DNA from: Eledone cirrhosa
Lineage: Eukaryota
Length of the DNA stretch: 64,000 bases
Direction of reading: 5' to 3'
Assembly: GCA_964016885.1 (NCBI GenBank)
Contig: OZ024742.1
Coordinates: 117,862,001 to 117,926,000 of the forward strand
Under the pieces are notes generated by a model. It searched no databases. It was given only the letters and a program-made list of their open reading frames with translations, and had not been told where the DNA came from. Of the stretch, positions 1 through 12,486 are shown one piece after another (positions within the stretch are counted from its first letter, which is position 1; every line of letters begins with the position of its first letter). Both the position numbers and the translations under genes were made by a program.

Positions 1-2072
1 GCCAGTTCGACTTCGTCGAGGCCCAAAGCTTCTCCGAGTGCGTCATCGCACTTGCCCACCACTAATCCTCTATAGAACTCGAGAGTGGAAGTTCCACTGA
101 TCCCATTGCCCGCTTGGTAGAGGGCAGTGAGTGCCTGGCAACATTCCAGGTGCCGGTCACCCAGTCTCGGTCTCTTCTTAACCCAGGACTGCAGTTCAGT
201 CAAAGAAATGGGCGGAAAGGCCCGTCTGATAAACGGTGACCACACCTGTTCACCGTTGAGGCAGAATATCTGGAGATGTCGCAGCCTCAACGCATGTCTG
301 CGCATCATTAGCCACGGCATGCCCAGCCTTCCGCGTAGAGGGTGCTGGCAGCAGATGGACCGCCTCACCAACGGAACTTGTCCACTCCACAAGAATTTGA
401 AGAGGAGCCGTTCCAACTTGACGAGGCGCGGACGGGGGCAAGGCACGACGGCCAGGCGGTAGTAGATGACAGACGCGATGTACGCATTCGCCACCTCCGC
501 GCGACCTTTCAGTGATAGCTCCCTCCCAGCCCATTGGGTGAGCCTGGCTACTCTGCTCGTTACCTCGTCCCAATTCTTTTCCACCTGGAGGTCTGGTCCG
601 AACCAAACCCCGAGCAACTTTACCGGTCCGTCCGTCCAGCGCCCTACGACGCTGTTGGACGGCATGGGCTTGCCTCTCCAGATTCCGAGCTGCAAGCCCA
701 CCGACGTTTCCGGTTTAAGTTTGGCTCCTGTCAACCTTTCATATTCCTTCAATAAGGTGCCGACCACCTCAATTTCTGAGGTGTTCGACACCATTACGGT
801 GATGTCGTCCGCGTAAGCCAACACCGCCCTTCCACGTCACGGTTCGAGCGGGATTCCCTGCAACAGCTCCAGCTTCCGTAGTAAAGGCTCGAGAGTCAAT
901 ACGTATAGAAGGGTAGAGAGAGGGCACCCTTGACGGACCGATCGGGAGAGCCGAAATGGTCCCGAGAGGTGGCTATTAACCTTGACCACCAAGCGTGTGC
1001 CGTTGTGCATTGCAGAGATCCAGCTTCTGAAGACAGGGCGGAAGCCAGCTGCTTTGAGGACAAACTCCAGATACCGATGGTCGACCCTATCGAATGCTTT
1101 TGATTGATCTAAATTGATCAGAGCCCCACCGAAGCCAGGTTAACACCCTACCCTCTCTATGATGTATGGCATGAGGTGGAGATTGTCGTGTATGGACCTG
1201 GCTGGGATTGCACAAGTTTGCGCCTCCCCAACCAAATCCTCGACGACAAGCGCCAATCTCTTTGCTAACACCTTGGCCAAAATCTTAAACTCTGTGTTGA
1301 GCAGAGTTATGGGCCTGAAGTTGTCTAATGTATCCCTCTTGTTCTCGTCTTTCCTTATCAGCGTCATCACTCCCTTGCTAACAGAACTGGGAATACTCCC
1401 ATTCTGCTGCCAGTTGCAGTAGAGTGCTTCGAGGAGATCGGAGAACAAGTCTGGCATATTTACGTAAAGCTCGTAGGGCCGGCCATCCAAACCGGGTGAC
1501 TTGCGCCTCATGCAGACGACAAGGGCGTCCTGAATTTCGGCTGAAGTAATCGGCCTTTCGCAGCGCTCAGCGTCGACCGTCGAGATGCGCGGCAAGCCGT
1601 CAAGGTAGGGACTGAAATCCGCTACTCTCTCTGACTCGCCACTCTCCCCGAACAACCGATCAAAGTGCTAGCGAAAGGCCTCACACATCCGCTTGGAATC
1701 GCTTATCTTGTGTCCGTCTCGGTTCGCCAAAGACCGAATTGTGGTTTTATTACCACGCTGCGCCTCCGCCACGCGGGCCCATCGGACATCTTTGGTTCCT
1801 TCGTTTCTCAACGCACGCGCCTTAGCTCTGACAATGAAACCTTCGTGTTTCGCATTGAAGAAATGGTCTAATGCCATTCTCGCCGCTAGAACGCCAGTTG
1901 CAATCCACTACAAATAGCCTCGTCTAACTCATCTACCAGCTCCCCCTCCTTTCCATTTTTCTCTGACGCTAGTTCTTTGTTGAATTCTATCGAAGTTACT
2001 CTAATCTCTCTTTTGAGAGCTCCCCACCATCTGTTGTCGATGATCCCCCCTGTCAACTTTAGCTTAACTAAA
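1..2072 (-). mobile_element. Tx1/L1-clade non-LTR retrotransposon, ORF2 reverse transcriptase part (disrupted; continues past window start)
   Basis: Minus-strand ORFs carry KSPGLDG and NFRPITLLNTEFKILAK; DQSKAFDRV, RQGCPLS and YADD are readable on the minus strand; collinear with the copy at 26997-29785. Confidence 0.95.
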
Positions 2073-3238
2073 ACGAAAACAAATAAAACCACACCAACAA
2101 AATGTTAAAAATTTCGTGCTTGTCAGAAGGGCTAACGATAAACTGATGGCCCTCTTAGCACGAAGCGAGGACATTCAAACAGAGGGGGAGACTTTTGAAA
2201 TGAGCACATTTTGCGTGCCAGAAGATTTGCTACTGGTCCGAATGCCACTCAATTCCTTCAAAGAAATTCGAGAGAGCTTTCCCCAAGACGTGAGAACCCC
2301 GAATGTGAAACCCACATCGAGACTTTTAAAGGGGTTCCCAAAAGAAACCCCACCAACCATGGAGGTCGAACCACCCGACCTTCACAAGACCCCGAGAGGT
2401 AAGTAAACCTTCCCTCTCTCTCTTAGCTTACCAACATGGCCATATTAAGAGTAGGAAGTTTAAATGTTCGCGGCCTGGTGTCACCCTGGAAGCAGGGTCG
2501 CCTGCTCAACGACCTCAGGTCGCTGGAAATGGATGTGATTGCCATCAGCGAGACCAGAATTTCCGACACGCGCGCACTAGCCCCCATTTTCGACGACGAT
2601 CAGATCTTCGTATCTGTTAGCAGGCCGGGAATGGGGGTGAGGTGGCAGTGCTGTTTAGGAAAGGACTGGATCTCGAGGTAAGGTCGATCTTCCGGGACCC
2701 GGATGGTAAGTTGGTGGTCTTGGATGTGAGCAGTAGCGAAATGGTGCCTTTTGACTGCTGGCCGTCTACGCCCCTACAGGGGCCGGACGACCGGACTTCT
2801 TTAGGCGCCTGGAGACCTTTCTGGGTACGTCTCGCCCTTTACTGTTAGCGGGGCACTGGAATGGCATCTTAGACGCACGCTGGGATTGTGTGGGAGTAGC
2901 CGATAGGAGCGGGGGGTGCAAAAGCCTCAAGCACCTACTCAGCCAGTTCCAACTGTCTGACAGGTATCGACTAGATTTCCCCAATGTGCCAGTATGGACA
3001 TGGACCAACCGAATGGGGTCATCTAGATCGTATATAGACAGGATCTTCATTAGGAAAATAGATAGAAATAGATTGGGCTGCCCACTTTTTAAAACGGTCG
3101 CCTATTCAGATCACAAATTTGTGATCTGTACGGTCGACATAGATAAAACGCGTAGGTTAGGACCGGGTTACTGGAAGCTGAACATGTCATTTCCGGCACG
3201 TAAGGCTTACAGGGACCGAGTCAACAATTTAGTTAAGC
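2073..3238 (+). mobile_element. Inverted 5' segment of the same Tx1-like element: ORF1 end plus APE endonuclease start (ATG 2436)
   Basis: GSLNVRGL, ISETR, SRSYIDRIF and YSDH APE motifs with frameshifts; ends at tttagttaagc (3228-3238), the same point at which the minus-strand part begins (2062-2072). Confidence 0.9.
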
Positions 3239-3239
3239 A

Positions 3240-3289
<50 letters not shown>

Positions 3290-3290
<1 letters not shown>

Positions 3291-4482
3291 CAGTAGGAAT
3301 GCCATAAGTGCAGTAAATTCCCGAGCTGTGTCTATTATTAGGTACAGTACGGGAATTCTGAGATGGAATGCTGCTGAACAAAAAGAAATGGATAGGAAGA
3401 CTAGGAAGCTATTGACTATCTACAACATGTTCCACAAGAGGAGTGATGTCGATAGACTCTACTTAAGGAGATCTGAAGGTGGAAGAGGTCTTATCAGCAT
3501 AGAGGACTGTGTTCAGATGGAGAAAAACAACCTACACAAATACGTGACTGATAGTAAGGAGCCAATGCTCAGAATTGTACTGAAGGAGGGGACAATAGGC
3601 CAGGGGATGTCCAAGGAGGAAATAACATCAAGGAGAAAGAGCAGCCTTCAGGAAAAATACCTTCATAGTACCTTCTTTGAGAAAACTGAATTTAGAGACC
3701 CACAGACATGGAACTGGTTGAAAAGAGGAGACCTTAAAAAGGCTACAGAAGGAATGTTAATGACTGCGCAGGAGCAGACCCTCAAAACGAAGTGGTTGAA
3801 ACACCATATTTACAAGGAGGAGGCTAGCCCACTGTGCAGGATCTGTGGAGAGTGAGAGGAGACTGAGGCTCACATTGAATCCGAGTGTAAACACCTAGCC
3901 CAGACTCACTATAAAGGCTGGAGACATGATGTGATGGGCAGGGTGATCCACTGGCACCTATGCAAAGTAAACAATTTACCACATTCTGAGAAGTGGTATG
4001 AGCATAAGCCAGAGGCGGTGATAGAAAACGATCAAGTGAAGGTGCTGTGGGATTTTAGGATACAGACGGACAAGAAACTGGAACACAATAGACCTGACCT
4101 GGTGGTTGTGGACAAAGAAAAAAGATCGTGCCTGATTGTGGATGTGGCCTGCCCATTCGACACGAAAGTGCAAGAGAAGGAGAAGGAGAAAATTAACCGA
4201 TACCAGGACTTAAAGTGGGAGGTAAAAAGGATTTGGAACTGCCATGAAGTCAAAGTGATCCCGATTGTCATAGGCGCACTAGGGACTATCTCAAAAAGTT
4301 TCCAGGGATGGTTAAAGAAAATTGGCCCCTTCACGCTTTTTGGAACGCTTCAAAAGGCATGCTTGCTGGGAACAGCAAGAACCCTCCGATACGTCCTAAA
4401 TATCTGAGGCTGCAGGTAGTGGCTTGATATTCATTTCAACAAACTTTCCAGTTAACTAACATCAATGACTGAGACTCAAAGA

Positions 4483-4483
<1 letters not shown>
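3290..4483 (+). mobile_element. 5'-truncated R4/Dong-like RLE non-LTR retrotransposon in (AAT)n
   Basis: GGRGL, CRIC..ET..HI...C zinc knuckle, RHD and NRPD...VDVACP..D restriction-like endonuclease motifs; (AAT)n on both sides (3239-3289, 4484-4525). Confidence 0.9.
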
Positions 4484-4528
<45 letters not shown>

Positions 4529-4603
4529 ACTATTAATAATTATTAATTAATGCAATCGTGCAATGCCTGTGCGTGACAAATATTTTTAAAGTGAGGAAAG
4601 ACT

Positions 4604-5660
4604 GTGCATTGAGCCAATCCCACTCTCTGAGCGACAGTAGCTATAACCCGAAAAGAAGAAAAGATTAACATCATCGGTAACTACTGAGCCGCAGGTTTTA
4701 TGTTGGAGTTAACTCAGTTTCCTGAGATGCCTAGAAGAATGCCCTGACAAGGGCTAGGGGTTCTTCACTCCCAGTGGTTTAATTGCGCGATCGGGCATTC
4801 GGCCCGATTATTTCTATGCCCCCGCGCAAAAAAAGAAAAAAAAAAAACCCTCACTTATTGACACTTAAACCTACGACATACACACACGCGCACACACGCA
4901 CATACATACGCGCGCACACAGCAACACTCATACATACAAACAAACACACACACGCTACTCACACACACACATATATATATTACCGTCATTACTGATACAA
5001 GATTACAAGATTATGTCAACTGTTGACTTTCAAGAGTTCGTATAGTTGAAGCCGTTCGTATTACAGTTCAGTATTATTATAATTGCTTTACAGCATAGAG
5101 CTATGGCTCTCCACGCTCTGAGCTCAAATCCCGCCGAGGCCAACCTTGCCTTTCATCCCCACGGAGTCAACAAAAGAGAGTACCAGTAATGTGCTGAGTC
5201 AGTCATTGGTGATGGTGATGGCGGTGGTGGTGGTGGCAGTTGATGTTGTTGTTGTGTTGTGTGCGTGTGTGTGTGTGTTTTATTATTTTGCGGGGTTTTT
5301 TTTTCTTTTTTTTCTTTTTTTATCGTTTGATGCCGCTGTTGTTGTAAATGTTCATTTCAATTCATTCTGAAGCTGTTGTTGCTGTAAACATTAGTGCCGG
5401 TGTTGTTGTTGTAGATGTTGGGGTTGAAGTCTAGTCGTTTGACTGAGTGATGTATATACACACATATACATACATATATATATATACACACACACATTCA
5501 ACACAGAGTAGAGAGTTTGACAACAGGTCGGTGACTTTAGGCTAGATAGAGTAATGACATGTGTAAATGTAAATGTGATGGTGGCGCGAGAGTGTAGACG
5601 TTATTGTGGTGGTGGGGGGCAGTGAGATGTATCTAGTTCATTTGTCCGTTTTCTTCTCTT
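4604..5660. repeat. ~1.05 kb composite interspersed repeat, copy 1
   Basis: Collinear with 42016-43070 over its whole length; contains an RTE 5'UTR-like motif (minus), CA tracts and a Meta-type SINE fragment (~5090-5197). Confidence 0.85.
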
Positions 5661-5671
5661 TATACATACAT

Positions 5672-6085
5672 GGTGGCTACCAACTCGTTTTCGAGTACGG
5701 CCACTACTTTATCTCCATGTAGGAGAACCCCCACCGATGCGCTGAACGAGTGTGACCTTTTAATCCAGCCAGCGACTTGAAAACTCTGGTACAAACACTA
5801 CACTTGTGACAATTATTGACACATAGTGCTGGGCCCATGGTACCATGTGACGACAAGTGCAGAGAGATCACCAGATATAAAGCAATGCCTGTGCCATGAA
5901 GCTTTTATAGTGAGCAAAGGCACTGCACAAAGCCAGTCCCACTCTCTTAACCAAGATGATATTTACCAAAAAGAAGAACAAGTCAACATCATTGGATACC
6001 ATCAGAGTTGCAGGTATTATATCAGAGTTTTCCTTCTCCTAGAATTCTGCCTTGACAAAGGCTAAGGGGTCATCTCTCCCGGTGA
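5672..6085 (-). mobile_element. 5'-truncated copy of a ~605 bp non-coding RTE-derived retroposon with (ATGT)n tail
   Basis: Near-identical to 6107-6520; flanked by the direct repeat tttatacatacat (5659-5671, 6086-6098). Confidence 0.8.
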
Positions 6086-6106
6086 TTTATACATACATAC
6101 ATACAT

Positions 6107-6710
6107 GGTGGCTGCCAACTCGTTTTCGAGTACGGCCACTACTTTATATCCATGTAGGAGAACCCCTATCGATGCGCTGAACGAGTGTGACTTTTTAGTC
6201 CAGCTAGCGACTTGAAAACTCTGGTACAAACACCTCATTTGTGACAATTATTGACATATAGTGCTGGGCCCATGGTACCATGTGACAAGTGCAGAGAGAT
6301 CTCCAGATATAAAGCAATGTCTGTGCCGTGAAGCTTTTATAGTGAGCAAAGGCACTGCACAAAGCCAGTCCCACTCTCTTAACCAAGATGATATATACCA
6401 AAAAGAAGAACAAGTCAACATCATTGGATAGCATCAGAGTTGCAGGTGTTATATCAGAGTTTTCCTTCTCCTAGAATTCTGCCTTGACAAAGGCTAAGGG
6501 GTCATCTCTCCAGGTGATTTTGGATGGCCATTGACTCTTAAGAGCTCGTTTGCCCTTTGACAGGTTTTGTTTTTAGTCCTGCAGGATGTCCAAAGTCACC
6601 CTCCTCACCAAGAAACCTTGGTGGGGTTGCCAGTTTAGTCGCCAACGACCCGACCATGAGACAGGTTGTACTGGGATACATGTTACCAGTAGCACCAACT
6701 GGTGACCTGA
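6107..6710 (-). mobile_element. Full-length ~605 bp non-coding RTE-derived retroposon flanked by (ACAT)n
   Basis: Same ends as the copy at 40463-41070; minus strand has the RTE 5'UTR-like motif GGCAGAATTCTAGGAGAAGGAAAACTCTG and a 3' hairpin ACTCGAAAACGAGT before the ATGT tail. Confidence 0.8.
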
Positions 6711-6758
6711 CATACATACATACATACATACATACATACATACATACATACATACATA

Positions 6759-9700
6759 GACAGTCAACGCGATCATTCGCATATTTTGGCGTGGGAGACT
6801 ATTTATTAAATTTAAGATTAATACTATCTCCGACAGTAATGCCACAACTACAGCCAGGTTGAATAACTGGCTATTCTTCTAACTATACCTTCTGAAGACA
6901 CCTTTTATTCGAATTCGTAGAGATATCTGACTAAATACATAATTCATTTTACAAGAATTTGCTACAAACAGCATGGCTGAACACAACATCAACAAAAAAA
7001 AAAAAATTAAGGTAGTACCGAAGACAAATAACAAGGAAGGTAATCAAACTTTATTCAGTTGTAGCTACAGAAGAAACCGAAATTATAAATCGCATTTCTC
7101 TTGGAGTTGCGAACTTAATAATGATTTATTTAATTGTTATAAAATGGCAAAAAAACAATCCCTCCATTGGCTATATGAATAGAATGAAGCTACACTGGGA
7201 CGAAATGCACCCAGAGCTAAATTATTTCACAGCGAAACAATTACGCCAACAAGCAACGTTTGTTGAACGTAAAAATAAGATAAATATTATTAATTGTAAG
7301 TTCCCCACAACAAACATGGAATCAACAACACGTGCTACAGATAGCCATGCTACTAGACTTCCTAGCAGCCAGGTCGAACAGCGTCTTGAAACAACTCTGC
7401 CTGTAAGAAACTTGATACCACCTGTACCATCTAAGTCTACCTCGAATGCTGAGGAAAACACTATCGATAATAATAATAATCGAAGAAATTTGACACCACG
7501 TGTACCATCCGAGTCTACCTCGACTGTTGTGGAAAATACTATCGATAATGATAATCAAAAGTATAAACAATTGAAAATTTCCCTCAACGAAATCTTCCAG
7601 AGAGAAATTAACTCATGTATACATATCTCTCTTGCTGAACGTATTAAAACAACAATGTTTAATAAAAAAACCAAATAATGAAATATTACGTGTTATTGAC
7701 GAACATTTTGGCAAATCAACGCCTGTTTATATGCCCTAGCAACGACAGTGAAGCATTATCTTGGTGATAGCAGAGATATTAACAAGAACAGAACACCACC
7801 AAAAATACCATCATATATAACTAAAATAGAAAAAAAGATTGCTGACCTACGAAAAAACATAGGATAGGTGACAATGCTCCTTACATGCAAACAAACACAA
7901 AAAAACCTCACTCCTCACCAACAAAGAGTGAAAAATAAAATAGAGACCGTGTTTGGTAACAGTAGAACCAGAACTCTCCAATATAAGTTGATCACCCTCA
8001 AACAAGAATTGAGAGCTGTTAGCGAAAAACGCCGATACCTGAAGAAGGTAGATGAGAGAAAAGTGCTTAATAAAAGATTCAGACGAAACCAAACATCAGT
8101 CTATAGAGATATGAAGGGCAAAATAATAAGTGTCACTGAGGCGCCATCCCAGAAAGACATAGATTCTTTTTGGAGCAAAATATGGGGTGAAAAGAAGAGT
8201 TTCAACCAAGATGAAGTGTGGCTAAGAGAAATCCGAAAGAACTATTGCTCCTACACTACAACAAAAACATAGGAAATAAGTGAGACTGTGATAGGAAAAC
8301 TCCAAGATAAGAAAACACCAGGAAGAGACATGATTATCGGCTACTGGTACAAAAAACTGATATTCTATCGGAGGTATCTTACTGAACTCTACCAACAAGT
8401 TCTTAAGGGAGATACACTTATACCAGAATGGTTGACATTAACACAAACATTACTGGTCCCCAAGAACAAAGATACCCACTTGGCAAAAAACTACCGACCC
8501 ATTGCATGCCAGAACCTGATGTATAAGATGTATACAGCCTGCCTGAACCTATTCCTCCAAGATCACTGTGAAAATAATAACATCATCACAGATGAACAAG
8601 CAGCTGGAAAGAAAGGGGTTTGGCGATGTGCTGAACAACTCCTAATCAACAAAACTGCGATGTCGGAGGTGCGACAACTTAGGAGGAATATGACTACAGT
8701 CTGGCTGGACTACAGGAAACCTTTCGATTCTGTTCTGTTCCCCACTCTTGGATGATAGAGGCCCTCAAACTTGCTAAAGTCCCAGACATTATTGTCAGAG
8801 CCATAGAGAGGCTGTCTTATTCTTGGGCTACTATCCTAAGGTTAAAAACAGAGAAGGAGGACTCTATTTTCACTGATAAAATAAAATATTGCAGGGAGAC
8901 AGTCTCTCTGTGATATTATTCATCTTGTCATTAAGCCCCTTGTCTTTTCTGCTCAACAAATGTGAGGGATACATCATTGGCTCACAGGAGGACAGAAATA
9001 TGAACCTAACCCATAATTTCTTTGTGGACGATCTGAAACTCTATGCCAAGAACATGGATGGGATGAAGAAAAATCTTGACCTGGTTACAACGTTCTCAAA
9101 GGATATAGGAATGGAGATTGGCCAAGACAAATGCTCATACATGACTGTAAAGCGGGGAAAAACAACAATCCAATCTAGCAACATCGTCATCAATGGCCTA
9201 ACTGTTTCACCGATATCTGATGAGGACTGCTACAGATACCTGGGGATAGATGAGAACATATCCTATAATGGTATCTGTAATAAAGAACGCGCAACCAGGG
9301 AATACTACACCCGATTAAGAAAGATCTGGTCATCGGAACTCTCTGCGCAAAACAAACAGTGGCTCACAATGTGTTTGCTGTGCCTGTCCTAACACCAACG
9401 TTTGGAATACTCAATTGGACGATAGACGAAATCCGAGCAGTTGATGTTGGAAGTCGAAAAATACTGAACAACACCGGAAACTTCATGCCTATCAGTAAAA
9501 AAGCATGCATGGATATGTTGCCAGGAAGCTCCAGAGTGAGAGTAATATAGATAAGGAAAGTAGTCTATCTTGGACCAACAACCGCTATATTGGCTCCCAC
9601 TATGAAGAATACGCTTTTGCACTCCAGGAACAGGAGATTAACACGAAATACCTGATTCACAAAAGAGATAGGGATGCAGGCAAAACACCTAGATGTGATA

Positions 9701-10496
9701 ACAAGTGCAGAACTAACATCGAGGATATCACTCATGTCATCAGCAGCTGTCAAAAGATGTCATCGCGGTAATATCTACTTATGAGGCATCATGTAGTGGC
9801 CAAAACACTGTACAATGCAGTTCGTAAAAAAGATAGCCCCGATAATAAACACGTTAATAGCTTCAACAATGTGGAAGACATCCATGTACATAATATGAAA
9901 GAGTACTGGTGGAATGTTCCAGTAAAAACCCCAATAAAATGCAGGCATAACAGACCAGATATTATGATATGGGACAGGGAGAAGAAAGCATGCACAGTAG
10001 TGGAAATTAGCTGCCCAGCAGATGCCAATATAATATCAAAGACTAGCGAAAAGGAGAATATTTATGCACAACTGATGAGAAATCTGCAGATAATCCACCC
10101 TGATTACACCTTCAGATTTATGCCTGTGATTATTGGGGCACTGGGATATGTTAGTAACTGCCTCAATACAAATCTTGAGAAGCTAGGCTTCACAGGAACA
10201 GAAAGAACACAACTAGTTAGGAAATTACAAGTACAATCCATTAATGGAAGAGTAAAAATATGTAAAACATTCCAAAAATTGTGCATCTAATAACTGCATA
10301 TACACATGTACACATGCACACATACAACTCAAAACATCCACATCCACACATACAATAACATCTATATCTACACATGCATGCATACATATGTACCTAGTTG
10401 ATGTTGTGTAAATTCCAATGAGAGAGTCTTGTGTCTATGTTAGAAACCGACTCTCTCTCTATTGGTAAAACTTTGTGAAATTATAAAACCAGAAGA
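6759..10496 (+). mobile_element. Near full-length, disrupted R4/Dong-like RLE retrotransposon in (ACAT)n
   Basis: N-terminal W..E.N..L..CY/GYMNRM..HW domain, NYRPIACQN, WLDYRKPFDSV, QGDSLS, FFVDD, RHH and NRPD...VEISCP; stops and frameshifts; (ACAT)n at 6711-6758 and acatacat at the 3' end. Confidence 0.92.
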
Positions 10497-10504
10497 ACAT
10501 ACAT

Positions 10505-10895
10505 ATGAAAACGTGTTCTGTTGTGGAGATCAGCTGCCCACTTGATGTAAACGTTGTCAGAAAAATACAGGAGAAGGAGGACATCTACGGACCATTGATG
10601 ACATGTTTACAAATACAGTATCCAAGATACACCTTTAGCTTCATACCCATCATTATTGGAGCTACGGGTTATATACGAACCCGCTTGGACCAAAGTATGA
10701 CTGAACTTGGATTTGCGGACAAAGAGAGCAGCTCCCTAATTCATAGTCTACAAATGGCTGCGATAGCTGGCACCTTCTAAATTTGCAAAACATTCTTGCG
10801 ATTCAAGGGATTACAATTTCTTTTCTTTTACAACCTTGCCACCAGGAAGGTGGCCGGTCAAAAAAATATACTCGAAATTAAGGGAAAGAGATAAC
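10505..10895 (+). mobile_element. 3' fragment of a second, related RLE retrotransposon family
   Basis: VVEISCPLD...KEDIY...PIIIGATG...ICKTF, similar to but diverged from the preceding element; ends in an ACAT-like tract. Confidence 0.8.
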
Positions 10896-11077
10896 ATACT
10901 TACACACATACATATACATACGTATGTGTGTAAAGATGTGCTTTCGTGCCTCTATACTCCAACTCAACATTGCATGAAATAGAATATATATTTCATGTTT
11001 ATTGGCAGATGACTTCGCATAATATTTGATATCAACTTGTAAAATATCATATTTTCAGAAACATTATTTATTTATCT

Positions 11078-11270
11078 GGGGCAGTAGATTGGCAGTATCG
11101 GTAAAGGGTCGGACGCCATGCTTTGAAGCATAGAGTTACCTCCCTTTATGATCTGAGTTCAATTCCCACCGAGGTTAACTTTGCCTTTCATCATTACGGG
11201 GTCGATAAAATAAAGTACCAGTAATACACTGGGATAATTGCTGGCCTTGTGCCTGAAGTAGAAAGAATTA
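11078..11270 (+). mobile_element. tRNA-derived SINE with Meta-type central domain
   Basis: B box-like GAGTTCAAATTCC, body CCGAGGTTAACTTTGCCTTTCATC...GTCGATAAAATAAAGTACCAG; ttatttatttat on both sides; many copies in the window. Confidence 0.9.
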
Positions 11271-11445
11271 TTTATTTATGTGAGCGGGGGCGTCGTTCAG
11301 GGATGTTTTCTACACTAATGAGCTTTAAATAACATGCACTTTACAAATATAACACCAATCTATGTATATTTATATACATTATATACCTTTGGGAGAAATA
11401 TACAAACATACATAAATACCGTGAATATTTACAATACCCACCCCC

Positions 11446-11538
<93 letters not shown>

Positions 11539-11548
11539 TGTGTGTGCG

Positions 11549-11655
11549 TAGAAAAAGAGTCAGGACCCCGGCGGCTGAGCTCCGGCCGTTTCTATTGCTA
11601 GATCCTAACTATGGTGCGTTATGGTCCATCTGGTATTTTACCACACCCTCTTTGT
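11549..11655. mobile_element. Short rearranged PLE-type terminal-repeat fragment (family shared with 33290-33492 and 45289-45400)
   Basis: Shares GAAACGGCCGGAGCTCAGCCG (minus) and tggtgcgttatggtcca..tggtat.ttaccaca (plus) with 33290-33492; flanked by microsatellites. Confidence 0.6.
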
Positions 11656-11755
11656 TATATATATATATATATATATATATATAAGTTGAAAAAAATGAAA
11701 ACGAAAAACGAAATTTCATTTCTCACTCTTAGTATGGCACTTACTTAAATGTAAG

Positions 11756-11802
<47 letters not shown>

Positions 11803-12018
11803 GCTACTGTACGTCTGTATACATATATGTATGTACGTATACATACATACTTACATTTAAGTAAGTGCCATACTAAGAGTGAGAAATGAAATTTCGTTTT
11901 TCGTTTTCATTTTTTTCAACTTATTGTTTTCAGTATGCCTGACCGATTTAACTCACTCAATATGCAAATTAGGCTGCTCAGCCGTTAATTTTCATAAGGA
12001 AAGTATATACTTTCGAAC

Positions 12019-12105
12019 GTTCAACTATCTGGCAGATGGGTAAACGGTGCTGATGATAGCTAACAAGCTTGAAACTAGTACATCGTTCCTGTGCCAGTGT
12101 TGAAC
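12019..12105 (+). ncRNA. Type I hammerhead ribozyme, unit 1
   Basis: Stem I AACGGUG/CAUCGUU, core CUGAUGA 12050-12056, stem II AGCU/AGCU, GAAA 12071-12074, palindromic minimal stem III ACUAGU, site GUA (12080); distal helices CUGGCA/UGCCAG and GUUCAAC/GUUGAAC. Confidence 0.85.
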
Positions 12106-12486
12106 AAAAAGGTGACGTGGTTGCCTTAACACCGTATGGCATAAATTCAGGCTGTTCAGTTTGTTGACAAACGAACAAAGCAAGCGCTATAATAAGCGTC
12201 TGCTAAACTGATGCGTGCATATATGTATGTGTACCTGCATGTATGTATATATATATATGTATATATACATGCTACTGTACGTCTGTATACATATATGTAT
12301 GTACGTATACATACATACTTACATTTAAGTAAGTGCCATACTAAGAGTGAGAAATGAAATTTCGTTTTTCGTTTTCATTTTTTTCAACTTATCGTTTTCG
12401 GTATGCCTGACCGATTTAACTCACTCAATATGCAAATTAGGCTGCTCAGCCGTTAATTTTCATAAGGAAAGTATATACTTTCGAAC

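Noticed and set aside
2359-2436. Splice-donor-like GTAAGT/GTAGGT at the ORF1 stop of both Tx1 copies (2399, 26960)
   Set aside because: Phases differ between copies and no usable acceptor is conserved; may just reflect stop-codon context
2890-3855. 321-aa ORF joining an APE domain, poly-Ile and an RLE-LINE thumb region
   Set aside because: Chance in-frame junction of two independent insertions across an (AAT)n tract; both parts are disrupted, so not a dual-endonuclease element
6620-6710. HDV-like or twister ribozyme at the 5' end of the 605-bp element
   Set aside because: P2-like and P4-like helices and CUAA are present, but I could not place P1, P3 or the L3 consensus; no twister motif
6785-6880. 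HDV-like ribozyme in the R4-like 5'UTR
   Set aside because: Only simple hairpins are visible; the double pseudoknot could not be fitted
9217-9224. CTGATGA hits inside LINE ORFs and at 54304 and ~58596
   Set aside because: No GAAA box or stems; coding or chance matches
11978-12178. Duplicated 66-aa minus-strand ORF in the 468-bp repeat
   Set aside because: Non-ATG start, no recognisable motif; duplicated only because the unit is
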